DNA of 64,000 bases from Paragordius varius (taxonomy: Eukaryota; Animalia; Nematomorpha): positions 2,666,001 to 2,730,000 of the forward strand of contig OZ176054.1 in the NCBI GenBank assembly GCA_964247055.1, given 5' to 3'. The notes beneath the pieces are model-generated. The model searched no databases. It had not been told where the DNA came from and worked only from the letters and a program-made list of their open reading frames with translations. The position numbers and the translations under genes were made by a program. Below are positions 37,066-49,870 of this stretch, piece after piece. Within the stretch, counting starts at the first letter, position 1; each line of letters opens with the position of its first letter.

Positions 37066-38376
37066 TTGGAGAACATGTTAAACCATTCAATTTCAAATAT
37101 GATTTTTGTTTACTTATTTTTGATCGCGCCGAACATAGTCGTCTCACTTTTTTGATTTAGGCCCTCTTTTTACCCGCTACCCCCGTAAAATGCCATTTTT
37201 TTCAAAAAACACAAAGTCCACAAAAATAATTTTTTGATTGTATTTTTTTTCCCAAGGTATGAAACTGTAAAAATTCAATAAGGATTCCACGTATTTCCTG
37301 TTAAAAGGCAAAAATTTTAGTCACGCGTTTCTTTGATGATAGCTGCTGAGTAAAGAGTATCTATCATATGTATAGGATGTTAAAAAATATATGGATAATA
37401 AAACATTATTCATGGTAATCTATATATTTATAAAAATGGAAAATGCTGGCTTTGTGATCTGGTACCGGAAAACCGGTAGACCCAATCAAATCCAAACATT
37501 GAAAAAATATATTCATTAATGAATGCCCCGACAATAGCCTCGCCCTTTTTTGAAATAGTCCCCCAGTTCGGGCCCACCCCGTGTGAAAAACGGGTGAGAC
37601 AATTTTCTGGAAAACGTGTTGGACCATTCAATTTCAAATATGATTTTTGTTTACTTATTTTTGATCGCGCCGTACATAGTCGTCTCATTTTTTTGATTTA
37701 GGCCCTCTTTTTACCCGCTACCTCCGTAAAATGCCATTTTTTTCAAAAAACACCAAGTCCACAAAAATAATTTTTTGATTGTATTTTTTTCCCAAGGTAT
37801 GAAACTGTAAAAATTCAATAAAGATTCCACGTATTTCCTGTTAAATGCAAAAATTTTAGTCAAGCATTTCTTTAATGATAGCTGAGTAATGAGTATCTAT
37901 CATATGTATAGCTATAGGATGTTAAAAAATATATGGATAAAAAAACATTATTTATGGTAATCTATATATTTATAAAAATGGAAAATGCTGACTTTGTGAT
38001 CTGGTACCGGAAAACCGGTAGACCCATTCAAATCCAAACTTCGAAAATTTATAATCATTAATGAATGCCTCGACAATAGCTTCGCCCTTTTTTTGAAATA
38101 GGCCCCCAGTTCGGGCCCATCCCGTGTGAAAAACGGGTTTTTTCTGAAAACAGAAGTCCACAAAAATCGTGTCTTAGAGACAATTTCCCGGAGAACGTGT
38201 TGGACCATTCAATATCAAATATGATTTTTGTTTACTTATTTTCGATTGCGCCGAACATAGTCGTCTGGCTTTTTTAATTTTTTCCCACTTTTTACCCGCT
38301 CCCCCCGTAAAATGACCCCCCCCCAGATTTCCGAAGGACTTCCTCGGGCTGCGTAGCAGCACGAGATTTACGCTAG
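37066..38376 (+). mobile_element. Tandem Helitron-derived array (~540-580-bp period) ending in a complete 416-bp Helitron (37961-38376)
   Basis: CCATTCAA anchor at 37083, 37624, 38205; A|TCTATATAT starts at 37419 and 37961; hairpin plus CTAG|T at 38373-38377. Confidence 0.85.
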
Positions 38377-40016
38377 TATTATATATTTTGAGACTTTATT
38401 AGCTATTAAATATGAAAGAACAAAACTTAATAAAATTATGGTGATTAGTGTATGTAGCCATGCCTCATTTGACAGTATCCAGCCAAAAGCAACATTTTTT
38501 TATCCAAATGCAACATTTTTCAAATCAAGGAAAATGTTGCCTTTGCTTGAAAAAATGTTGCGATAAGTTGAAGAAATGTTGCCTTTGATTGAAAAATATT
38601 TTATAAAAAAATTTTACCACAAGCGGTGCACAACATAACTAAAGTTATAGCGTAATATTGCATACAGCTTCAATCAAAGCTTTTGGTCGTCAAACAAAAA
38701 ATGCTATATATGCGCTTTTTATTACTCCACAGATCTGTGGAAAAATAACGTTCTATCAAATTTTATAGTCGTTTTAAGATCATATTTGGGGATTCAGTAA
38801 CCCTGATAACAGAAACCTTATTTATTCAACACTCGTGTTTTCACTAAAATAAAATTATGAAATTTAGATGATATTATCGTGATCTGTATGGGCACAAATA
38901 ACATCTCATTTCTTTAAGTCATAGCGGTTGTTCTTATGATTGTGACTAACAAAAATGTGGGTGGCAGAAATCAAAAAGCTAAAAGTTTAAACAGAATCGG
39001 ATCAATGCAACTATGTATATTTATTAACTATCTCAAGAAAATCGGTAAATCTGTAAAATGCAACGAAAAGAATAATGGAATATAAACCTAAATTGGTGTA
39101 ATTATCTTATATTTTATCATAACATTTTCCAAAAAAATATTTTTTAACTTGATGTATCTATAATGGCGATATTTATCAATCTACATAAAAATATTGGGAA
39201 AACAAGATTTATTCCTTTAACAAAAAATATATTTTTTTGTGACCAAACAAATAAGTTATTATTTAGCAAGATAACATTAACATGCTGCTACATAACTGTA
39301 AAAATCAATAAATGCTTAACTATTTTGGCACACAATGAAAAAAACTGTATTTTCTTACGCATATCTTTGAAATAATCTTTCACAAATCTTTTGTCCTAAC
39401 ACATAAAAAATCAAGGTTCGCTTCTTCTAAGCCAAAGTCAAAAGTGAACGATTTTAGTCAAAACTGTTGTAGTTTCGGTTTCCTAAGAAAGAACTGAAGG
39501 CCAAATGGCTTTCAATTTGTTTGTTATTATTAATAGATAGTTTAAATTTCATATTTTTGAAGAATTATCTTAAATATAATTTTATAATTTAAACACAGAA
39601 AAGAATATTAAAAGATAAACATTTAGTTAAAAAGGGAATGAAAATAATTGATTTTGGAACTGTTAGAAACCAAAGTTCCAGCCTTATTTAAATTTTTTGA
39701 TTCCAATCATATTAAAATATTTTATATCATGTTCATGAAATGAAAAGGTCAGTCATGGAATTTTATATGGAAAAAAAGGAAACCGCTAGAGAGTATAAAA
39801 ATTTTTACATTAAAATAATTAATTTTTCGTCGGCATTCCATACATATGAACCCTCAAAGGTGTCATAAAACTTTTTTGTTTGAATCATAAAAAAACAAAT
39901 ATATACTAGCTTTCATCAAAAATTTAATTAACTCTGACAGTTAATTAGGGATGAGACAAGTTAATATCGTGTTTTAATTTTCATTTTTTTTGTATTTTGT
40001 GAAAAAATATAAATTG

Positions 40017-40020
<4 letters not shown>

Positions 40021-40056
<36 letters not shown>
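40021..40056. repeat. (TA)18 microsatellite
   Basis: Direct reading. Confidence 0.95.
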
Positions 40057-40059
<3 letters not shown>

Positions 40060-40763
40060 AAATCGATGAAAATATATAGAATGATGGGATTACTCTCTCT
40101 ACCATCATCATTTTTTTCGTTTTATTTCATACATGTTGTATGCTTCTGTCTCTAAATAAGGTTCTGATGATATGTTATTCTTTGCACGCGACATAAAACA
40201 GAGTGTAAAAACTGTGTTATCATTATTAATTACCTTTGTTTTCGTATTATCCATGTGATTTTGTCATACTTTGATAGTTAGTTTTTGACCCGAATATGTT
40301 TAACACTAATATCTAATTTATATTTTGCAAAAATGTCCCTGGACAAACATGTTGAATAATTATACCAAGTTTTTTACAGCCAGCCCTCATTATCCATGAT
40401 TAATGATATTATCAATTTTAATATAGGGTTATCGATTCGATTAATTATAAATATATTTTAATCAATAGTTGGAAAACGTACATATATATTCAATAACCTA
40501 ATGTGTTGTTTATGGAGAATTCTGTTGAAATGATTAATTTAGACTGCTAACTTGCCTAATTAATTTTACAATGAATTTGTTAAGAAAAAAATGATAAATT
40601 CGTTTCCAAATATTTAAAACAAACAACCATAACAACACCAGTAAAAACTTTTTTCACTTTCATGAAAATGAACTTTGCAATCGATTCCATTTGTTAGCGA
40701 TGAAATATAGTATATTCGTTTATGAAAAGAATTCTCATCGGATTTTATCATCAGTACATATAA

Positions 40764-43700
40764 ATGGGATGTTTAGTTAGCCGTTCCGTACAGTTTGCAA
40801 ATTCTTGTGATACATTATGGGCCCGATTTCAGGAGTGGCGAAAGGAAAGAAAGAGACAAAAATTTTATTTAACTTCCGATTATCAACTTTGTAGTAATCA
40901 AAATGAACTTTCCAAAACGAGTAATATAACTAGTGGTGGCAACACACATCATACATCCTCTACCGCATCCGGATTTAAACGATTCAGTGAAACGCTGGTT
41001 AATCGCAAATTTTCCTGGTAATTTTGTTTTATTTTAATAACATCTATAAATCCACGATTAAAACTATCTGTTATAATCTTATGATTCTTGATTTTTTTAG
41101 GGAATTAAAACCTTGAAAAGGGCCTGTTTATAAAGTTAATTAAAATTTTGCTCCCGTTTTTTTAACACGCTTCCAGACCTGCTATATGGTAACGATTGCA
41201 TATATGACTGCTGGTGACCGCTAAAATAGTTGTAAAATTTATAATCAAAAAATCATTATAAATTAAGTAAAATCTATTTGGTAAACTTCATTTTCTTTAT
41301 TTAATTATAATATCCTACATTTAGATATTAATGACTTAAGAATAAAAAAATACATTCATAAGCGGTCTGGTTATCATTGACCGGTTAAAAATTTGGTTCT
41401 ACTCCCTATACCTCCCAGCAGCCCGTTTTTTTCGCTAATATTTGGTCTGAAATCCACATGCTAATATTCAATGTGGCTTAATTGAAATAAAGAAGAATAA
41501 AAATTAGTAGTATTTCAATGTTTAAATTGTTATAACGTGTATACATTTTTTGTATTTAGGGAAAAACGAGCGGGCCAAATCTTCCACAAAGAATTAAAAT
41601 TTGAACAACTCAACGATCAATGTGCATGTAAGGGACCAGGAACAATAAACGCCAACCAATTTACCATTTCAAAATGCAAAGTTAGTTACCTAATTCATAA
41701 AAATATATTTAAAATGTCATCAAAAACAGAATTTTAAATCATATTCCTAAAAGGGTCTCACAATATAATTGTTAATTATCATTTTTCCAACAATAAATTA
41801 ATTAGGTACTTGGTCAGCGATCGGGCTTAATTTCCTTCCATTATGTATATTAAGTATAGGGTTAGGTATTTAACCAATTAAAAATAACTAATAAGATCAT
41901 CCATAAACCATTCAATTACTAAAAACAATTGTTAATTGTTAATCAATATAATATAAATATTAATCCATTTATTTTAAGTAACAAATATTTAAAATTAATT
42001 AAAGTTTATAATTACAAAACTTTTATTACATTTTTTTAATTTCATCCTATTTAATAATGATTGTTTCATATCGCGTTATCAACATATGTTTAAAAAATCT
42101 TGATTGGCCCTTTTGAAAGCGATCACATTCATGGCCTAAGCGCATTCATACATGAATAAAACCAAACACCCCGAAAATTATATTTAAATTTTTCTAAAAT
42201 TATGCTCAATGTGATTAAAATTAAAATGTAAATATTTTTTATGATTGGAAATAAGGACTACATACAAACCATATTCCAATAATAATAAAACGATTGTGAT
42301 AGATTATTAGCGTGATTAAAGATTTTAATAATATAAAAGAAACTCTTGTACTATTCTTCTTACTTTCGTACCATAATATAGTAATGAATTAACCACTTGT
42401 CCCTAGAGTATTTTTGAGATATTGGAAGCCAAAAATTATTATTGTCAAAAATAAAATAAATAATTATTATTAAAAAATATACAATATTATTTGTGTAAAT
42501 GATCAATTTCTGGATAGAAAAATAATTTCAATTTTGATTAATTTTTGTTTTGACAGACATTTATTTTATCGCATATTTTTACTAAAATATGTAACACAGA
42601 CCTCAATCTTTATTTTGTATAATATTTATTTTATAAATTAAACATATAACTTTTATATTTTTTTGTCCAGGAAAGATATTTTATTCAAATCTTTTATATA
42701 TCTGAATTAAATAAATATCCCAGAACATTATTATTTGACACTTCATTACATATCATATTGGTAAAAAACCTTTGGCGGTTGTTCCATAGGGCCACACAGA
42801 GAATTTCGGGTTGCACTCCAGATTTCAGTTTCTAAATTATATCCTTATTTTTCGCTTTTGATTGATTGTATTTATTTTAATTGGTATTAAGTTTTAAAGC
42901 TCATTACATACTGTTTTTATGAGTTCTGTTAGCTTAGCAAGATTTAGAAACAAATATTACCAAAAGATAATGGCTAATTTATACCCCGAAAGGTAATGTA
43001 TGTATCTCAAAAGTAATGAAGGTGTTTTATAACTAACATATTATTAACATGCAATAAAAAAGCGAAAACATTTTATAATATTTTTTTGACTCTATATAAA
43101 TTAAATTTAATTATATAAAATTTAGAATTGCAAACTTTTTATCTTTGATGTATGTGATTCTGTTAATGTGGAAAAATGTTCGGATTGTGTTATCTACATC
43201 GGACCCACTAAAAACAGGTTAATTTGATAATCCAAGCTATAAACCATACGTAGATTAACTATATATTTTTCAACTTAAAATTAAATTTCAAATAATGGAC
43301 ATTTTCTTATTTGTCCCATTTTCAAAAATTATGTATTTAATCATTATTAATAAAAATGTTCATGATCACGATTCAAATTTGATAATTTTTTTAAAATGCA
43401 ATGCACTAAGCGCCAGAAATACAACCTACGCCTCATGCTAGTACAATATTACGACAATTAAATATAGTATAAAAATAAAAAAATATAATTGTGAAATCCT
43501 TATCCTAAAATTTTTTCCGACACATTATTTTTTAATATTTTTTGCGAAATCGATAAAGATTAATATAAAAGAAGATCAACCTACAAATTAATTTTATTTT
43601 ATTGAATGCATTTACTCAATCTTTTGAGGTTTTTATATTTGATAATGCAGCTTGCAATGTTTTTTACAGATAATTTACTGTAATTTTGACTTGAAAATAA

Positions 43701-46700
43701 AATAATCTCAAGATATAAGTTATACTTATATTTATCAAACATTTGTAACTTTATATTCCATATATCTTTATATAGTGTATACGTTCGAAATTGCGAAAAT
43801 TGTTTGATACAAACGGCATGTCACCAGTTCCGCATAAGAGACTGTACAAATATTCGAATATGGCTATTTAGCCTTACTAAACCAGCTCTAGAATCGTCGA
43901 CCCAAATAAAATTTGCCTGCTTTTGCTACAACTATCAAGGCCTACCACGTATATTTCTTGTTTACGCATTTTTACCATAAATAATTAAATTGATCTTTAA
44001 AATCTAAATATTACATACTCGCTCTCACTTTTTAGAGCAATTCCAGGGACCTAATTTGAATCCCTTCAATAATAAATGGAGTGAGGTGGTAGATTTTGAC
44101 CATTCTGCAGTTTCAAACACCTCTCAAAGCAATCAAAGTGAAAAATCTTTACAACAATTAAGTTGGTCGATCATGTCATCAGTAAGTGCGGAAACATTAT
44201 GTTAATACTTGTAATCATAAAATTTTAAACGTGATGCTAGCCTATTTTACGTATATGAGACTTTTTAAAAATGCAAGTTATGCCAAAAAACATTTTTAAC
44301 GCTCCCTTCTCACCATTTTATTTGGCTGATGCGATAATATTGGCCTGTAATTCTTTAAATTTTGGTGTTAATATACAACATTTAATAAATGTATTTGTAT
44401 CAAGTCTGAATCTCAAAACTATATTCAACGATTTCTTCCACCCACCAACTCAATAACCTCACCAAAAGTTAGTATTATAAAGGATGACCCCGGCATAGAC
44501 TCAACAAATTTACTCACTGAAAATTCATCTAAATCGAAATCAAAAGCGGGCAATATCAATAATACCTCGAAATCAAACGATGAATTGACAAGTCAGACAA
44601 AAATAGAATCGAATTCTATTAATGTTAATATCACCAAACCAAACAGTATTGCAGAAGAAAATGTGCCTTTTATGGATTCACCCAATAAGCATATTTCCAC
44701 ACCCACGGGCAATAATGTTTTGGAAAGCAATTTAGATGCGAAAACTCAAACACCGACAAATCTTGACTCAAATCAAATACATAGCGAGTTAAAAGAAAAT
44801 TCTTCAGACATCCATTTACCCAAAAGTATAACGCTTATAGAAGAACCTACAACTGAAAACACTGTTACACCGTTGTTGTCACCATCTCGGGAAAGTTGTA
44901 AGATATTTAGATTCATTCACAAAAAATTTTCCTTTTATAGTTAGAGGTATATAACCTTTTGGGAACGCCTTATTCAATATTATAGGATTTAACAATATGT
45001 TATATTTTAAAATAATAGTAGGGAGAAATCTGTTGCATTTTTCGTAAATAACTTTTTTCAAGATAAATTTTTTTATTAACTGCTGGCATTACTAGTATAT
45101 TGATACTCAAACTCTAGGTGCTACCGAGGAAAGTACCAATAATAATTTGTCTCAAGATTTTTTGGATTCCATTACTGTAGATGAAGAAAAAAGTTATGTT
45201 ATCCAAACACATGGCTTTACGCCCGATGTTAAAGAAAATGTATGCGGTTCGCCTTCATTCAAAGGTTAATCAAAAAATTCTGTCGAGAAAACTTACATTT
45301 TATATTTAATAAACATTTCTTTTTGGCAAAATTAACCATTTTGTGTTTGTCTAATGGCGTATTTAGGTTTCAGAATAAAACTTTAATGTTTAAAGGTAAT
45401 TTTTAACTGTTTAAAAAGGGATTTCTTTTTGAAATGTTGAAGTATATATTTTTATAATTGTTTAAGGGGTGAATATGATATTTATTTACACCTCCATTTT
45501 TTAAGGTACCAATTCTTTGATAGCATGCTTGATACTTATTTTAATACATTATTAATTTATATATTTTTAATTCAATTTTTTAAAAAATGGAAATTTTGCC
45601 ATCAAATTATATTAAATTATTTTTCATTGCTTATTTACATATGAGACTTAACTATAACTAAATCATTTTGAAAATATAACTAAACATGCCTAATTTAATG
45701 GCAAAAGGTTGCTTTCATAACTCGATTTTCTCATATTTGTAATCTTAATCGTAGAATCTGGAGTTGTAAATTCATCTACTGAATTGCAATACAAATGGCT
45801 TATTACACAGCCATAAAATGGGTCATGTTTTAAATTATTTGATGTATTTATGATAATAATTACTTTTTATGATAAACTATTTTGGGCTCTATAATAGACA
45901 AACTCAAGGCCGCAAGTTATTTCGTTCTTAAAGGATCTCAAACCTTAGCAGAACCCTTAATATCTTCGCATACGTTGAAATCGACAAACGGACATACAAA
46001 ATCATCAGATGAGCAGCCTTCTAAATCTCCAGAAGACATTAATAACAATAAAGGAAATGGTAAAGATGCTTCCCCGACCACCAAATTTTATGCAATGCAC
46101 TCTATGAATACAACCAATAATTATGTAAATTTTAATTATATGAATTTATTTTTTTATCTTGAAATTCGGAATAATCTATAAAACACTGTTTAAATTGTAT
46201 TAATATAAGTTGGTGTTAATGTCAACTCCAAATCTTAAAAAGCAACAGTAATCTCGGAGCAAATCTTTTGCTAACCGCTTTGTTGAATACATATATTTTT
46301 TAATTCCAAAATATATTTCTTTAGCAAAAATGTTTGGTTGTATTCTTTTGGGACGGACAAAATGATGATCGTGCCAAAATTTACATAACTGAGATGAAAA
46401 AACGCAACGTAAGAAATAGATTTATGAAAAATATTAAATTGTAAAAAAGTGATTATTTAATAAATACAGCCATTTTAAAAATAAATGTATGTATCTGAAC
46501 TATTTTAACACAGCCGGAATGTTACCTCATCCAAACGCGTCAAATGCGCTTATCACGATTAGATTCTCACACTATTTTTGGTTCCACACATTACGAGCAA
46601 ACAGTCGATACGGGTAATTAAAAATATTTATTTATTATATTGCAATTTAGCGCAAAAAATATGTTAAGCTTAAGGGGCTCACAACAATTTAGAAGCTTTG

Positions 46701-47550
46701 TTCATAACTATTGTTAAAATTATTTTTGTTTCCATATGATATAATAAGAGTCCAGTTGTAATTTCGTAAGTAGGGTCTTGTACCAACTTTGATCAGCGAA
46801 ATTTTGTAAACTTTTATATACAAATAAAAAATAAATACCGTTAAAAAATAAGAATTCACCAATAATGTTATTACAGGGGTCTGACACACATGCATAGATT
46901 AAACGCTTTTTAGGTTATTGTTATTGGAATAAGAATCTCCTCTCTACAATAAATTTATTTTTCGATTGTAAAGCCTAAAGCTAATACGGTCTCAAAAAAA
47001 TTTTTAAGCCTTAACCTAGCTAAAGGGTTAGTGCTACATGGTGTTGGTTGGATAACTATTGTTAGGTAATGATTCTATGTGCAAAAACATTCCTCGAGTT
47101 TTCCCAGGACATTGATCAAATATTTTTAAAGCACTTCGTACCATTTTTTACCATTTCGGTTTAAGCATGCAATATAGTAAGGTCAACACTTATTGAATTA
47201 AAAGATCTAAGATATTTTTCATCAATGACCTAAAAATCACGAATTGGAACTACATCGAATTAGAAAATTATACATATCTTATTGCTGTTGCTGTAAAAAT
47301 ATATTGTCCATCCACCTGCTTGTAATCCGAATATGGTTTTGTTCTATTTGTATAATTTTTATACTTAATTATTTTTTAAGGCCCTGTTATTGGATTGCAT
47401 TTTTATGGCCGGAATGCAATTCAAAAATGCACAAACACTCTTAAGTGCCTGGTGACAGGAACTCCTGGTTTAGTTTACATTACAACAAACCCTCAAACCT
47501 CGGAACAAATCATTTTAAAATTTTTCAAACAAAAAGATCATGCTCTTTAA
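40764..47550 (+). CDS. RP2: RP2/XRP2 (ARL3 GTPase-activating protein; TBCC domain + NDK-like domain), 11 exons, ~668 aa
   Basis: Exons 40764-41017, 41560-41680, 43126-43217, 43776-43948, 44036-44181, 44405-44897, 45118-45264, 45898-46124, 46325-46408, 46514-46613, 47381-47550 (2007 nt, phases consistent). MGCLVS acylation motif; KFSWEKR; NCKLFIFD...GPTKNSVYVRNCENCLIQTACHQFRIRDC...PALESSTQIKFACF; FNNKWSEVVDF; KCLVVFF; YLIQTR; GPVIGLHFYG, all aligning by eye with human RP2. Confidence 0.93.
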
Positions 47551-48021
47551 AACTTAGCTTTAAACATTCCCTGTGTAATGATATCAAAATTCTTCTGCAA
47601 AATGCTTATTTTCACCAAAATTTAGTTAAGATATACCACCAAGCTATATTTATATTTAGAAACTGTTTTATGATTATGAAAAATGATATGACTGTTGAAC
47701 CTCAAAAATTATATTAACATATATTGTTAATTTTGAATAAATTATATTTATGTCATATTAGTTGGTTAAACGCTAATAATTTCAATTCTATCAAAAAGTT
47801 ATAAAAATGTTTATTCACAAACACAGTTTCATTGTCCGAAAATTTAAACAAAACATAAAGTGATTTTATTACATTTCCGATATCGCACAATCTAGTTTTA
47901 AAAACTAGTCATTTTTAGGGAAGATTTTCCAAACTAATGAATTTATTAACCGCTTTTAAATTCTTGAGACATTAAATAATTGGTTAGAATCATTTTGTTA
48001 CGTTTAGTAAGCTTTTATATA

Positions 48022-48412
48022 CCATTTGCAGTTCAAATTCACCCTTGAACAATTCAAATTTACCCTCGAACAATTCAAATTTCCCCTTGAACAATTCAAA
48101 TTCACCTTCGAACAATTCAAATTCACCCTAAAAATATTTTATGTGTTTTCGAACTAATATAATTCATTATTAATATGAAATATATGCTTATGGTACAGTT
48201 TATTATTTTTTCGGTATTATTTTAATTTAAAACAAAATTTTCATTTTTGAAAAATATATAAAATATAGGTAATTTTTGATCTCAAAAAACATATATTTTA
48301 TTTGAGGGTGAATTTGAATTGTTCGAGGGTGAATTTGAATTGTTCAAGGGTGAATTTGAATTGTTCAAGGGGGAATTTGAATTGTTTAAGGGTGAAATTG
48401 AATTGTAAATGG
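48022..48412. mobile_element. Foldback-like MITE, TIRs built from 21-bp subrepeats (TTGAACAATTCAAATTCACCC)
   Basis: TATA|CCATTTGCA...TGTAAATGG|TATA; ~4.6 units per arm, inverted. Confidence 0.8.
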
Positions 48413-49165
48413 TATATATGAGATTCTTTAAATACAAATTTCTTTAATAAATGACTGCCTCTAAAAATAGCAAGACTTTCCTTTAATCAAAAAATTAATA
48501 TTCCTGATATTTTACCTTATTTGATGTTTTTTGACTTATTTACTGCGAATTCTGGTAAAAATATATGTATAAGTATAAATTTAATTAAAATTTATCACCC
48601 GATCGCGCTTTTTTGCGTTATCCTATGGATACGACAAAGTCTATATTATATCCCAATAATGTTTTGAAGGGTTATATAAAAAAGATATGAGGAATTGTTG
48701 TAATTTTAAAATATAATTATGAAACTACTTAACTTTTTGTCCCAAATTACTTTAACTGTTTACTTCAGGCCAGCCTTAATTTGCTATTTAAAAGAAACTA
48801 CTGAGGGCGGTCCAATTAAAAAATTATGCTTCTATCTTAATATATATTATAAGTTAAAATATATAATAATTAAATAATTTTAGCTTCCACCTCATGCGTG
48901 TTATTTTTGAATCTACGGTTAAAATTTAATTTGTTTTAATTTAGCCCATGCACTTTTTAATGTTTTCTCGTATCAAGTAATTTTCTTGAAAGGAGTCGTC
49001 ATCCACCCCAATTTTTCAAATCTTAGATATCCAATATTATTTGCATATCATTTTGAGTTTAACCATACAATTTGGTTTAAAACGGTTAGCCACCTTTAAG
49101 GGTTCACCTTTAGAAGCAGATTTGTCTCTCAAAGCAATTACGAATCCGAATATCTTAAAAGTATA

Positions 49166-49870
49166 CCATTTTCACTTCAAGAGTGTCCTTGAACACTTCA
49201 AGTTGGTCCTTGAACAATTCAAGTTCGTCCTTGAACAATTCAAGTTGGTCCTTGAACAATTCAAGTTGGTCCTTGAACAGTTCAAGTTGGTCCTTGAACA
49301 TTTCAAGTTGGTCCTTGAACACTTCAAGTTGGTCCTTAAAATTTATAAATTTTAATTTAACCATACTTTTTGCAATTATTTTTTTATTTTATTATTTATT
49401 AACCTAATTTTCTTTATTTATTATATATTTATTCATTTAAAAATAAAAAATTTTATTTAAAAACCACTTTGTTTGTTTCAAACTATTTTTTTATTGAACA
49501 AAATTATTGACTTTTATATGTTTTTAATGAGAAATTTTAATTAATAATCCAGAAAACTTATATCTTTTTTCATTTCGTGTTAAAATCTTATAAATATCCA
49601 AAATTATTTTAAGAAATTAATAAAGATATACGGTTTCTCAAAGATTAAAATTTGATATCGATTTAAAATTTATATCAAATAATGGAAAATAGGTTAAAAA
49701 CGATAAAATAGATGAATAATACACGATTTGATTGATAAAAGTTAAAAACAAAACAAAAAAGTCAAAGGACCAACTTGAACTGTTCAAGGACCAACTTGAA
49801 TTGCTCAAGGACTAACTTAAAATGTTCAAGGATCAACTTGTGTTCAAGGACACTCTTGAAGTGCAAATGG
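49166..49870. mobile_element. Foldback-like MITE, second subfamily (21-mer TTGAACAATTCAAGTTGGTCC)
   Basis: TATA|CCATTTTCACTTCAAGAGTGTCC...GGACACTCTTGAAGTGCAAATGG|TATA; 7 units left, ~4.5 inverted units right. Confidence 0.8.

Noticed and set aside
49041-49407. ORFs with LEQFKLV / KDQLELF / SSWSLNN repeats
   Set aside because: Translations of the 21-bp subrepeat of a foldback element; open in several frames only because 21 is divisible by 3.
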